64,000 bases of DNA from positions 34,405 through 98,404 of the forward strand of contig JAVBOO010000005.1 of assembly GCA_031550435.1 (NCBI GenBank), read 5' to 3'. The translations under genes and the position numbers were made by a program. Shown piece after piece: positions 8,360 to 16,912 of the stretch; positions within the stretch are counted from its first letter, which is position 1, and the number at the start of each line of letters is the position of its first letter. The notes beneath the pieces were generated by a model. That model was given only the letters and a program-made list of their open reading frames with translations, was not told the DNA's origin and did no database searches. The stretch comes from Eubacteriales bacterium (GTDB lineage Bacteria > Bacillota > Clostridia > Lachnospirales > WRAX01).

Positions 8360-8741
8360 GCCGGCCAAAGTATATATATTTAAAATTAGACTATTTATTT
8401 TCCACTATCTTTTGACAGCTTTTATGTGTCTGCCAACAATAACAGAAGATGATAGTAAGTATTTTATTCGGTATTTTACTTCCGCGGTAATGCAATAACG
8501 CTCTGTCTGTTGTTCCCTCATTACTTAGCAGATAAAACAGGGCTTGAGTTTTGCTGTTTCTGTGGTAAAATTATCATACTTTCGATGAATGTGTGCCGTG
8601 TCGCCTTCGGCATTGATTATTATTAAACTTTATCAGGCAAATTCAGGCACGACAATCCCTCAAACAAAGACCAAAAAGTTGAGACCGTAACTAATGTTTA
8701 AGCGGGGATTAATAGCAGTTGATAAACGATGGGGTTGGCGG

Positions 8742-10121
8742 ATGAATATATTGTTCTCTGAATTTGCATATTCTCATGAAATGCAGGTCATACTTATGTT
8801 TTTTTCATTTGCGTATAATTTCATGATAATGTACATTATCGCAAAGCTTATTCTAAGGATTTACGGAGAAAACGCAAGCCGAAAACAAAAAGCGCTTTTC
8901 GCCTTTTTAGCCGGTACCGTTATGCAAAGTGTTTGGATATATGTAGTCTATTATATAGGCGGCATGATATCATTTTCAAAAATCCAGAACCTACTCGTTG
9001 CCAGTCCGAATCCGGTTACTGCGCTTTTGTATTGCTACATTGGCATAAAGATACTCAGCCTGTCGCCCAAACGCTCTATTGAGCTTATGGGACATGTTTA
9101 TCTGTATTTTATGATTATTGTTACAATGAACAGGCTGGCGGGATATCTATTGTTTGTACAGGATCCTGAACGCTTTAACTACATGATGGATGCCATTCGG
9201 CATTTTTCCAATCTTGCGATTTCTCTGACGATTTACCTTTTAACCTGCCGCGCGATCGACCGCAATCCGATGCTGTTAATCGTCTCTAAGACATCATCTT
9301 TCGCGACTCCGAGAAAAGATTTAGTTAATTTTATACTAAGAGCGTTTTTTATCTACGGCTGTGTCGTATTAGTGCCGATATTGGTTCCGTCATCCTTGAT
9401 TGCAAATTTTTTGATTTTGATCATTCTCCTGCTCTTTTTTACCGCAATGGTTTTACACAGTGTTTATCAGCATGAAAAAGCAGATAATCATAACAAAGAT
9501 GCCTATATTCATTCGCTCATAAAAAGCTCAGACGAGTTTCGTACGGTTAAGCACGATTTCTACAATATATTGCAGACATATAGCGGATATCTCTCACTGG
9601 GAGATATAGAGTCATGTAAAAAATACCATTACTCGCTAATCGGAATTACAACGCAGGCCGGTGAAAAACTGGAGCTCAGCCGCCATATAAATGAAAACCC
9701 GACCTTAATATCGCTCTTGATCGACAAGTTCGAACGCGCGGAACATATGGGTGTACATATGGACATATCCGTAAAATGTTCTCTCTCCAACCTTCCAATC
9801 GATGAAATTGATTTAAGTCGCGCTATCGCCTGTTTGCTTGATAATGCAATCGAATCGGCAGTAGAGACGGTTCAAAAACGCGTTTACATGACGATCGAAG
9901 AAAAAACGCCTGTTTCCAAACTCTTTATTATTACTAACAGTTCATTGCTCCCGGTCGACGTTTCCAAAATTTTGACTGCCGGGACAACAAGTAAGATCGG
10001 GCACGAAGGAATCGGTCTTAACAACGTTCGAAGGATAATCGACCGTTACAATAACTGTACGTTTAAACTGAACTACTATAACAACGAAGTAACCGCTTTC
10101 ATAGAAATTAGTCAGGCGTGA
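8742..10121 (+). CDS. AgrC/ComD-type (HPK10, GHKL) membrane sensor histidine kinase
   Basis: Six to seven N-terminal TM helices, H-box FRTVKHDFYNIL, N-box LLDNAIES and G-box GHEGIGLNNV. The ATG at 8742 is preferred over 8694. Confidence 0.8.
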   Translation: MNILFSEFAYSHEMQVILMFFSFAYNFMIMYIIAKLILRIYGENASRKQKALFAFLAGTVMQSVWIYVVYYIGGMISFSKIQNLLVASPNPVTALLYCYIGIKILSLSPKRSIELMGHVYLYFMIIVTMNRLAGYLLFVQDPERFNYMMDAIRHFSNLAISLTIYLLTCRAIDRNPMLLIVSKTSSFATPRKDLVNFILRAFFIYGCVVLVPILVPSSLIANFLILIILLLFFTAMVLHSVYQHEKADNHNKDAYIHSLIKSSDEFRTVKHDFYNILQTYSGYLSLGDIESCKKYHYSLIGITTQAGEKLELSRHINENPTLISLLIDKFERAEHMGVHMDISVKCSLSNLPIDEIDLSRAIACLLDNAIESAVETVQKRVYMTIEEKTPVSKLFIITNSSLLPVDVSKILTAGTTSKIGHEGIGLNNVRRIIDRYNNCTFKLNYYNNEVTAFIEISQA

Positions 10122-10158
10122 TTTAGCAGCTTATCAAGATGCAATAAATACAGCAGAT

Positions 10159-10659
10159 TTATTGAGCGTTTTCTTCCTCGTCTAGCAGCTTTTTGATTTT
10201 ATCCTGCTTTTTTTTGTTAATATAGCTGATAGCGAACAAAACCGAAAACGACCCGATAGTTGCGCTTATGAAGGTTATTGCCAGCACTGCGAAAAAATAA
10301 CCTAAGCCGTCTTCCTTATAGCGATCCGCATATTGCGTATAATTCAAAACACCGTTGATTGCCGTTACCACAATACCTGCCACAATACCGTTTATAAAAG
10401 GGATGCTTTTTGCCATTTTCCCTTCCCCGTATACATTAAGTCCGAGCACCAAGTAACGTATTACTATATATATCGATACCCCGAAGAAGCAAATTGCCTC
10501 AGCTGCGTACTGCTCAAACGAAGCGTTCAGCAGAAACTGCTGAATTAGTATGGAAGCCAAAAGCGCAGTCATAAGAATGACCCATGCTTCATTGTAAACT
10601 TTGTGACGCTGCGCCGAAACTCTTTCATCATTTATATTTTGTATATTTTGCTTTTTCAT
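10159..10659 (-). CDS. Membrane protein commonly paired with small XRE regulators (DUF6773-like)
   Basis: Four TM segments. Its ATG overlaps the stop of the upstream HTH gene (ATGA). Confidence 0.55.
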   Translation of the reverse strand: MKKQNIQNINDERVSAQRHKVYNEAWVILMTALLASILIQQFLLNASFEQYAAEAICFFGVSIYIVIRYLVLGLNVYGEGKMAKSIPFINGIVAGIVVTAINGVLNYTQYADRYKEDGLGYFFAVLAITFISATIGSFSVLFAISYINKKKQDKIKKLLDEEENAQ

Positions 10660-10856
10660 ATTGACTCCTCCCAGAACAAATCGTTTAGTGTTTTTCCGAG
10701 CGCCTTGCAAATCGCGACGCAGAGGTTGAGCGTTGGGTTATACTCCCCGGATTCTATCAGCCCTATGGTCTGCCTCGTGACACCGACGGCCTTCGCCAAG
10801 TCATCTTGTTTCATGTCGGCTTCCATGCGAGCTATTTTCATTCTCTTGTTTTTCAT
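10656..10856 (-). CDS. XRE-family helix-turn-helix transcriptional regulator (66 aa)
   Basis: MKQDDLAKAVGVTRQTIGLIESGEYNPTLNLCVAICKAL is a classical HTH_3 pattern. Confidence 0.85.
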   Translation of the reverse strand: MKNKRMKIARMEADMKQDDLAKAVGVTRQTIGLIESGEYNPTLNLCVAICKALGKTLNDLFWEESI

Positions 10857-10965
10857 GCGATGACTCCTTTCATAGTCATATTATACGTTATAATTTGCTT
10901 TATGTCAACTATATATTGCATTAATCGTTTTTATTCTTTTAAAATTACCGGCAATTACTTTTATA

Positions 10966-11277
10966 GTCGTTTAAGCCAAACAGGTCTTAATCGACGACGC
11001 AACATTCCAGACGCAAAAATTCAGGGCTGTATCCTCGCGATTTAGAAAATCATCGGATACAGCCCTTTTAACGTTTGCGGTAAAAGTCTTAAAAAATACG
11101 GATTAAATTGTCGTTTAAGCCCAAAACGGTTCTAACCGCTTCCGACAGCAACTGCAATATTTTACAAGTACAGTCGTGTAAGTCAAAATCAGGCTTAAAA
11201 GGCTGTAGGACATCGGACGTTAAATTCAAACCCGCCCAAGCTTCGCTTGGACGGGTTTAAACTTAACTGACTATAAA
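10966..11277. repeat. Intergenic repeat family B: three tandem degenerate units (starts at about 10966, 11110 and 11173)
   Basis: Each unit begins GTCGT(T/G)TAAG.CAAA..C.GG.CTTAA. Units 1 and 3 end in ..AAATTC plus a hairpin. Unit 3 (11171-11277) matches 29056-29161 at most positions. Confidence 0.55.
11014..11066 (-). terminator. Rho-independent terminator closing the opp-like operon
   Basis: 12-bp stem agggctgtatcc/ggatacagccct, followed on the minus strand by GAATTTTTG. Confidence 0.5.
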
Positions 11278-11288
11278 ACATTGCAAAG

Positions 11289-11558
11289 CTAGTTTCCATT
11301 TAACTTAAAGATCAGCAGCATAATTCCGATCAAAATCGCAAAACCGGCAGCAAATACAAACCAGACAAGAAATGCAGCCAAAGTTGCGCCGCCGATAAAA
11401 TGAAGCCTTTCCCTAAAGGATAGTTCGGCGACTCCGCCGGAGCTATTGTCATTTTTCATATAGTCGGGTTTCTTGGCGTACCAAGGCATACCTTCGACGT
11501 TCATGTTAACAATAGTCCTGTTGTCATCTTTAAAATCCGGTTTTGCTTTTCGTGCCAT
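11289..11558 (-). CDS. Small hypothetical membrane protein (89 aa), last gene of the opp-like operon
   Basis: GAAAGGAAAG RBS, 45 nt downstream of oppF. Hydrophobic C-terminal region (about 40 aa, probably two TM helices), GGATLAAFLVWFVFAAGFAILIGIMLLIF. Confidence 0.5.
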   Translation of the reverse strand: MARKAKPDFKDDNRTIVNMNVEGMPWYAKKPDYMKNDNSSGGVAELSFRERLHFIGGATLAAFLVWFVFAAGFAILIGIMLLIFKLNGN

Positions 11559-11603
11559 TTGCTTTCCTTTCTGCCGGATACCGGTAGTCTGTTGTTTTGG
11601 TCT

Positions 11604-12614
11604 TTATGAATAAAGATGGCAAACCGTAAAGTGGCCGGGCTCGACTTCCTTTTTCTGCGGAACTTCTTTTTTGCATTTTTCCATGCAAGAAGCGCAGCGT
11701 GTATGGAACTTACAGCCTGAAGGCGGATTCGCGGGAGAAGGTATGCTTCCTTCCAAAACTATACGCTTCATCTTGACAGACGGATCCGGTATAGGTATAG
11801 CGCTGAACAGCGCCTTAGTGTAAGGATGGAGCGGATTACTGAATATATCCTTCTTGCTTCCGTACTCAACCAGGTCTCCCAAGTACATAACCCCGACAGT
11901 GTCCGATATATACTCAACGACCGAAAGGTCATGAGATATAAACAGGTACGTCAGTTTATACTCGTTCTGCAAATCTTTTAGCAGATTTATTATCTGAGCC
12001 TGAATCGAAACGTCAAGTGCCGAAACGGGCTCGTCGCATACAACAAATTTAGGCTTTAGCGCAAGCGCTCTGGCGATGCATATTCTCTGCCTTTGTCCGC
12101 CTGAAAACTCGTGGGGATATCTGTCCTTATGATAAGGACGCAATCCGCACTGAGACATTATAAGATCCAAATGGTCTTCATAGTCTTTCGGTTCAACAAC
12201 TCCGTGCTCTTTTACCGCCTCGCCGATGATTTCTCCTACCGGCAGACGAGGCGAAAGGCTGGAATAGGGATCCTGGAAAATAATCTGCATTTCCGTACGC
12301 AAATCGTTCAGTTCTCTATGGTTCAACTCGAAAATGTCATTGCCGTTATAGAAAACACTGCCTGAGGTCTTTTCGTAAAGTCTGAGTATTGTTCTTCCTG
12401 CAGTTGTCTTTCCGCAGCCGGACTCTCCGACCAGACCCATGGTTGTTCCGCGCTTGATATTAAACGAGATGTCGTCAACCGCTCTGAGATTTCCGACAGT
12501 CCTTTGAAAAAAGCCGCCTTTTATGGGGAAATACTTTTTAAGATTCTTGATCTCCAAAATGTTCTCGGGATCGTGAAGAATATCCTTTTTCTGCTTCACA
12601 TTCGTCTCGCCCAT
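11604..12614 (-). CDS. oppF: Oligopeptide/dipeptide ABC transporter ATP-binding protein (OppF/DppF-like)
   Basis: Walker A GESGCGKTT, signature FSGGQRQR, Walker B VVCDEP and a C-terminal oligopeptide-type Cys-rich tail. Confidence 0.9.
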   Translation of the reverse strand: MGETNVKQKKDILHDPENILEIKNLKKYFPIKGGFFQRTVGNLRAVDDISFNIKRGTTMGLVGESGCGKTTAGRTILRLYEKTSGSVFYNGNDIFELNHRELNDLRTEMQIIFQDPYSSLSPRLPVGEIIGEAVKEHGVVEPKDYEDHLDLIMSQCGLRPYHKDRYPHEFSGGQRQRICIARALALKPKFVVCDEPVSALDVSIQAQIINLLKDLQNEYKLTYLFISHDLSVVEYISDTVGVMYLGDLVEYGSKKDIFSNPLHPYTKALFSAIPIPDPSVKMKRIVLEGSIPSPANPPSGCKFHTRCASCMEKCKKEVPQKKEVEPGHFTVCHLYS

Positions 12615-13771
12615 TACTTGGCACCTCCTTTTCCCTCAAACCTGTAGCACGATACCTTGTGAGTCTCAGACAGGGATATTTCCTGAGGGTATGAACCGCG
12701 GCAGCTGTCGACACAGAACTCGCATCTGTCTCTGAAATAACAGTAATCGGGCATGTTAATCGGATTGGGCACCTTACCCGGTATACTGTAGAGCCGATCC
12801 ACAACCTTGTTGACAACCGGCTTCGAACGCATAAGTCCGAGAGTATACGGGTGAGAAGGATTATGGAACACATCATCCGCCGTGCCTTTCTCGATTATCC
12901 TTCCCGCATACATAACGACGACGTAGTCGGCCATTTCGGCAATAACTCCGAGGTCGTGAGTTATAAGCATAATGCTGGAGTTAATCTTGTCTTTCAGGTC
13001 GCGAAGCAGATCCAAAATTTGGGCCTGAATCGTAACGTCAAGCGCAGTTGTCGGCTCATCGGCAATTATAAGAGAAGGATTGCACGCAAGTGCCATTGCT
13101 ATCATTATACGCTGGCGCATACCGCCGGAAAGCTGATGCGGATAGTAAGCGTATATACCTTTGCTGTTGGCAATACCGACAAGCTCAAGCATCTCGATTG
13201 TTCTGTCTTTCACGGCTGCCGGCGTCATAGTTGGGTTGTGCAGCGCTATTACTTCATCTATTTGACTGCCAACCCTGAAAACCGGGTTAAGGCTCGTCAT
13301 AGGCTCTTGGAAAATCATTGAAACTTTGCTGCCGCGCATTTTCTGCATAACAACCTGAGGGGTTTTGGCAAAATCATAGGCAACGTCTCCAAGATTAAAG
13401 CGTATCTCACCGCTTACAATTTGCCCCTGCGGGCGCTGTATCAGCTGCATCAGAGACAGGCTTGTGATAGACTTTCCGCAGCCGGATTCACCGACGACAC
13501 CGACGGTTTTTCCTCTCGGCACTTCGAAAGATACGCCGTCAACTGCCTTTACCGTACCGATATCTGTAAAGAAATAAGTATGCAGATCATCAAACTCAAC
13601 AACATTGTTCGGGTCGCGCATCTTTGTTGTATATTCAGACACCGGTACGTTTTTCCTGTTATACCTCTTCATCATTGCATTTGTAATTTTTCGATTTTGA
13701 CTGGAAATTTTACGAGATTCGGAGGCGGAAATATAATTTGCAGATTTTTTCTTGCTTTTTTCTGTACTCAT
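12614..13771 (-). CDS. oppD: Oligopeptide/dipeptide ABC transporter ATP-binding protein (OppD/DppD-like) with an N-terminal extension of about 50 aa
   Basis: [36 protein letters not shown] before the ATG at 13771. Confidence 0.9.
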   Translation of the reverse strand: MSTEKSKKKSANYISASESRKISSQNRKITNAMMKRYNRKNVPVSEYTTKMRDPNNVVEFDDLHTYFFTDIGTVKAVDGVSFEVPRGKTVGVVGESGCGKSITSLSLMQLIQRPQGQIVSGEIRFNLGDVAYDFAKTPQVVMQKMRGSKVSMIFQEPMTSLNPVFRVGSQIDEVIALHNPTMTPAAVKDRTIEMLELVGIANSKGIYAYYPHQLSGGMRQRIMIAMALACNPSLIIADEPTTALDVTIQAQILDLLRDLKDKINSSIMLITHDLGVIAEMADYVVVMYAGRIIEKGTADDVFHNPSHPYTLGLMRSKPVVNKVVDRLYSIPGKVPNPINMPDYCYFRDRCEFCVDSCRGSYPQEISLSETHKVSCYRFEGKGGAK

Positions 13772-13781
13772 ATAATCTCAC

Positions 13782-15590
13782 CTACCTTTTCATTTTGGGG
13801 TCAAAGGCATCTCGTAAACCATCGCCTATAAAGTTAAATCCTAAAACGGTTATAAGAATGCATATTCCGGGCGGAATCCAGATGTGCAGGTACTTGACCA
13901 TTACGTACGAGTTTGAGACCTCGTTTATCGCTCGGCCCCACGAAGCAAAAGGATATTTAACGCCGAAACCGAGGAAGCTCAGTGTCGCCTCGGTAAGTAT
14001 CGTCGAACCGAGGTTCATCGTTGCGTAAACTATCAAGAGCGGTATAACATTCGGTATCAAATGCTTAAATATTCTGCGGTAAACAGACAGGCCGGTAGCT
14101 TCCGCGGCTATCATGAACTCCTGCTCGCGCAATGTGAGTATCTGACCTCTAACCATTCTCGCAACGCCGGGCCAGCCGAGAACGCCGAGTATAATCATCA
14201 GGTAGAACAGTCTGACCTGAGACTCAACCCTTAGCTGGTCCATTACCGCGCCGATGATAATAAGAATCGGCATAAACGGTATACAGTTAAAAACGTCAAC
14301 AATACGCATTATCAGTTGATCCACAAGGCGCCCGAAATAACCGGAAATACCACCCAGCACAACACCTATAACGAGCTCAATCGCGACAACTATAAAGCCT
14401 ATTATGAGCGAAACGCGTCCGCCGAACATGAGTCTCGTCATGTTATCCATACCGTTGCTATCGGTGCCGAGCCAGTGAGCTTTTGTAGGATATGAATAAA
14501 TATCCAGAACTGTTGTCGGATATTTTTTCTTTATCTTCCAAATTTCGTTTTCTCTTTCGATGCTGTATGTGATGTCCTGTCCTGCTTCGGCAAAAACGAA
14601 GGAGTCCTGCTTCGCGACTATTGCTTCCTTAACAGCTTCTTTAAACTGAACAGAAATATAGTCGGAAGGCGAAAAATTTTGAACAAGATAAGTGGACAAA
14701 TTCGCGTAAGGTGTCTTAACCCCACCCTCGTTTGAATAAATTGTAGCCGTTCCGCCGTCAGTCTCGATGGCGTAATTGACTCCGTCCGCATTAAAAGTTG
14801 CCGCTCCGCTGTTCAAGGCCGTTTCCGCCTGCAAGTAAAAATCATATGTGATAACCGAACTCTCGGAATATGTGTCAACGAGCAGCTTTGTTACAAGAGA
14901 AACAGGCTTAAACACGAAAACAAACGTATCTTTCTTTACAGAGGTTATCGCGTACTCATCATCGCCTACAAAAAATACTTTTGAGCGTTCACTCACGGCA
15001 GTGTCGTACGCTTTTTGAATTTCGGCGCTAAACGTCATACCGGGGTATTCGGTTACATTTCCGACCGTATTTATCTTTGCTACGGTTATCCCTTTGTAAA
15101 CTTGATAAAAATCGGTTCCGATAGTTTCGACCCTATACGGCATCTTGATTTCAGAGCCGCTTGCATCTTTTTTATCAACTTCGAATATACTCTCCGAGGC
15201 TCTGATTGCACTGATAAATTTTCCTCTGTCAGCCGAATCAAACGAAGCGTTGGGATATTCGATATACCTAAACTCAGTGTTGTTGGTAACGGAAGCATAC
15301 ATTTGCTCCATCATATCGACTTTTGTAAACTGCTGCCCCTGGCCGTAAGGCGATATGAACGGTCCGATTATCGAAAACAAAGCCATTCCGATTATACAGC
15401 ATAGACCGACTATAGCCAGTTTGTTGCGAATAAACCTTTTTGCGACCAACATACCCGGAGAAAGAACTTTTATTCTTTGCTCGTCGTCCAAGCCCGGTGC
15501 GGGAGCATTATTTACCTGATTATCGGCAGCGGGGGTCTGAGTCTCAATTTTTTCGGTGTTCTTGTCGTCATTTTTCATATTATCACTCAT
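13782..15590 (-). CDS. oppC: Opp/Dpp-type ABC permease (OppC-like) with an extracytoplasmic insertion of about 300 aa after TM1
   Basis: The C-terminal 270 aa has the HWLGTDSNGMDNMTRL motif and BPD-transporter TM core. Residues from about 85 to 375 are a soluble insertion. Strong G-rich RBS. Confidence 0.85.
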   Translation of the reverse strand: MSDNMKNDDKNTEKIETQTPAADNQVNNAPAPGLDDEQRIKVLSPGMLVAKRFIRNKLAIVGLCCIIGMALFSIIGPFISPYGQGQQFTKVDMMEQMYASVTNNTEFRYIEYPNASFDSADRGKFISAIRASESIFEVDKKDASGSEIKMPYRVETIGTDFYQVYKGITVAKINTVGNVTEYPGMTFSAEIQKAYDTAVSERSKVFFVGDDEYAITSVKKDTFVFVFKPVSLVTKLLVDTYSESSVITYDFYLQAETALNSGAATFNADGVNYAIETDGGTATIYSNEGGVKTPYANLSTYLVQNFSPSDYISVQFKEAVKEAIVAKQDSFVFAEAGQDITYSIERENEIWKIKKKYPTTVLDIYSYPTKAHWLGTDSNGMDNMTRLMFGGRVSLIIGFIVVAIELVIGVVLGGISGYFGRLVDQLIMRIVDVFNCIPFMPILIIIGAVMDQLRVESQVRLFYLMIILGVLGWPGVARMVRGQILTLREQEFMIAAEATGLSVYRRIFKHLIPNVIPLLIVYATMNLGSTILTEATLSFLGFGVKYPFASWGRAINEVSNSYVMVKYLHIWIPPGICILITVLGFNFIGDGLRDAFDPKMKR

Positions 15591-15603
15591 TTTTCTCCCC
15601 CCC

Positions 15604-16590
15604 CTAACTTACTCTTACACGCGGGTCAACAACCGCGTAAAGAATATCGGATATAAGTGTCCCGACAAGTGTCAAAAGCGCCATGAACGAAAGGTAGAAC
15701 ATACAGAAAGGTATGTCGCCTCTTTGTATAGCCTGCAAAGATATATAACCGATACCGTTTATCTGGAACAACTGCTCGGTTATCATCGCTCCGGTGAACA
15801 AGCCTGGAAGCATTCCGCCTACCATCGTTATCAACGGCACGAGAGTATTTCTGAATGCATGATAGTTTATAACTCTTTTTTCTGACAAGCCTTTTGCTCT
15901 TGCAGTCCTGATATAGTCCGAGTTAAGAACCTCAAGCATATTTGTTCTGGTATAACGCATCAGCGAACCAACGCTTATGAGTATCAACGTCGTAACAGGC
16001 ATGATGTAATGCAGCGCATAGTCAACTATCTTGCCAAACGCGTCCAGGTTTTGATGATTACGGCCGACTGCGCCGTAAAGGTCAAGCCAACCCAGTTTCA
16101 TAGAGAATATCAGTTTTAAAATAGTCGCGAAGAAAAAGCCCGGCAGCGAAATACCGATAAGCGCGAAAACCGACACCGCATAGTCGGTCTTGCTGTACTG
16201 CTTTCGCGCTGACAGTATGCCTAGCGGAATCGCTATTGCCAGCTGTCCTATCAACGTCACGACATTTAAAATAAAAGAGTTCCAAATAACACTGCTGAAC
16301 TTCTGAGTTACGGGAATACTAAAATGCCAAGACTCGCCGAAATCGCCTTTTACGGCGTTTTTGAGCCAGCCCAAGTAACCTGAAACAATGCCTTTATCGA
16401 ATCCGTATATAGCGTTCAGTTCTTTTAAAGTCTCGGTATAGCTTTTGGCGCCGGGCTTGGCCGCACGCTCTCTGGCTATACTCTCGGCATAAGACGTCGG
16501 AATCGAGCGCATTACCGTATAGATAATGAGCATAACGAAAAACAATATCACGACGCTTAGCAAAAGTCGTTTTATAATGAAATTACGCAA
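15604..16590 (-). CDS. oppB: Opp/Dpp-type ABC permease (OppB-like)
   Basis: N-terminus MRNFIIKRLL.., EAA-like motif DYIRTARAKGLSEKRV. TTG start with an AGGGTGGGG RBS. Confidence 0.9.
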   Translation of the reverse strand: MRNFIIKRLLLSVVILFFVMLIIYTVMRSIPTSYAESIARERAAKPGAKSYTETLKELNAIYGFDKGIVSGYLGWLKNAVKGDFGESWHFSIPVTQKFSSVIWNSFILNVVTLIGQLAIAIPLGILSARKQYSKTDYAVSVFALIGISLPGFFFATILKLIFSMKLGWLDLYGAVGRNHQNLDAFGKIVDYALHYIMPVTTLILISVGSLMRYTRTNMLEVLNSDYIRTARAKGLSEKRVINYHAFRNTLVPLITMVGGMLPGLFTGAMITEQLFQINGIGYISLQAIQRGDIPFCMFYLSFMALLTLVGTLISDILYAVVDPRVRVS

Positions 16591-16866
16591 ATTAACCCCA
16601 CCCTAATTAGCAATTTGCAAAGAAAAAAATATAAGACGCACCCGGACTACAGTATCTGTAAACGAATGCGGATTTTTCAAACTGATCAAAATAAAAAACC
16701 AAAAAATGTAATTTTGTCAAAAACCTTTGTAAACACCTGCAAACCTACTTAAGCAAATATCCGCTGCTGTGCTGCTGTTCGACTTGTCCGGCTCTTTCTT
16801 TGACAAAACCCAAAAGAAAAATTTCTCAACAAATCGCCAAGAAATTTATCTTTCGTTCATAAACAT

Positions 16867-16898
16867 GGCATGAACTCATCTCGTGATGAGTTCATGCC
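16867..16898 (-). terminator. Intra-operon hairpin just after oppA (perfect 14-bp stem); partial terminator or stabiliser
   Basis: ggcatgaactcatc-tcgt-gatgagttcatgcc, 15 nt downstream of the oppA stop. It is followed by about 280 nt of non-coding sequence before oppB. Confidence 0.5.
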
Positions 16899-16912
16899 TA
16901 AAAAGCTGTTTA

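Noticed and set aside
8585-8626. 13-codon ORF (MNVCRVAFGIDYY) upstream of the AgrC-like kinase, as a possible AgrD-like autoinducer propeptide
   Set aside because: It has no Shine-Dalgarno sequence and is much shorter than known AgrD precursors. It lacks the amphipathic leader and the charged tail, and no AgrB gene is present. The Cys alone is not evidence.
10966-11277. Tandem repeats as a CRISPR array
   Set aside because: The units are degenerate, of unequal length (about 65-145 nt) and contiguous, without unique spacers. No cas genes are in the window.
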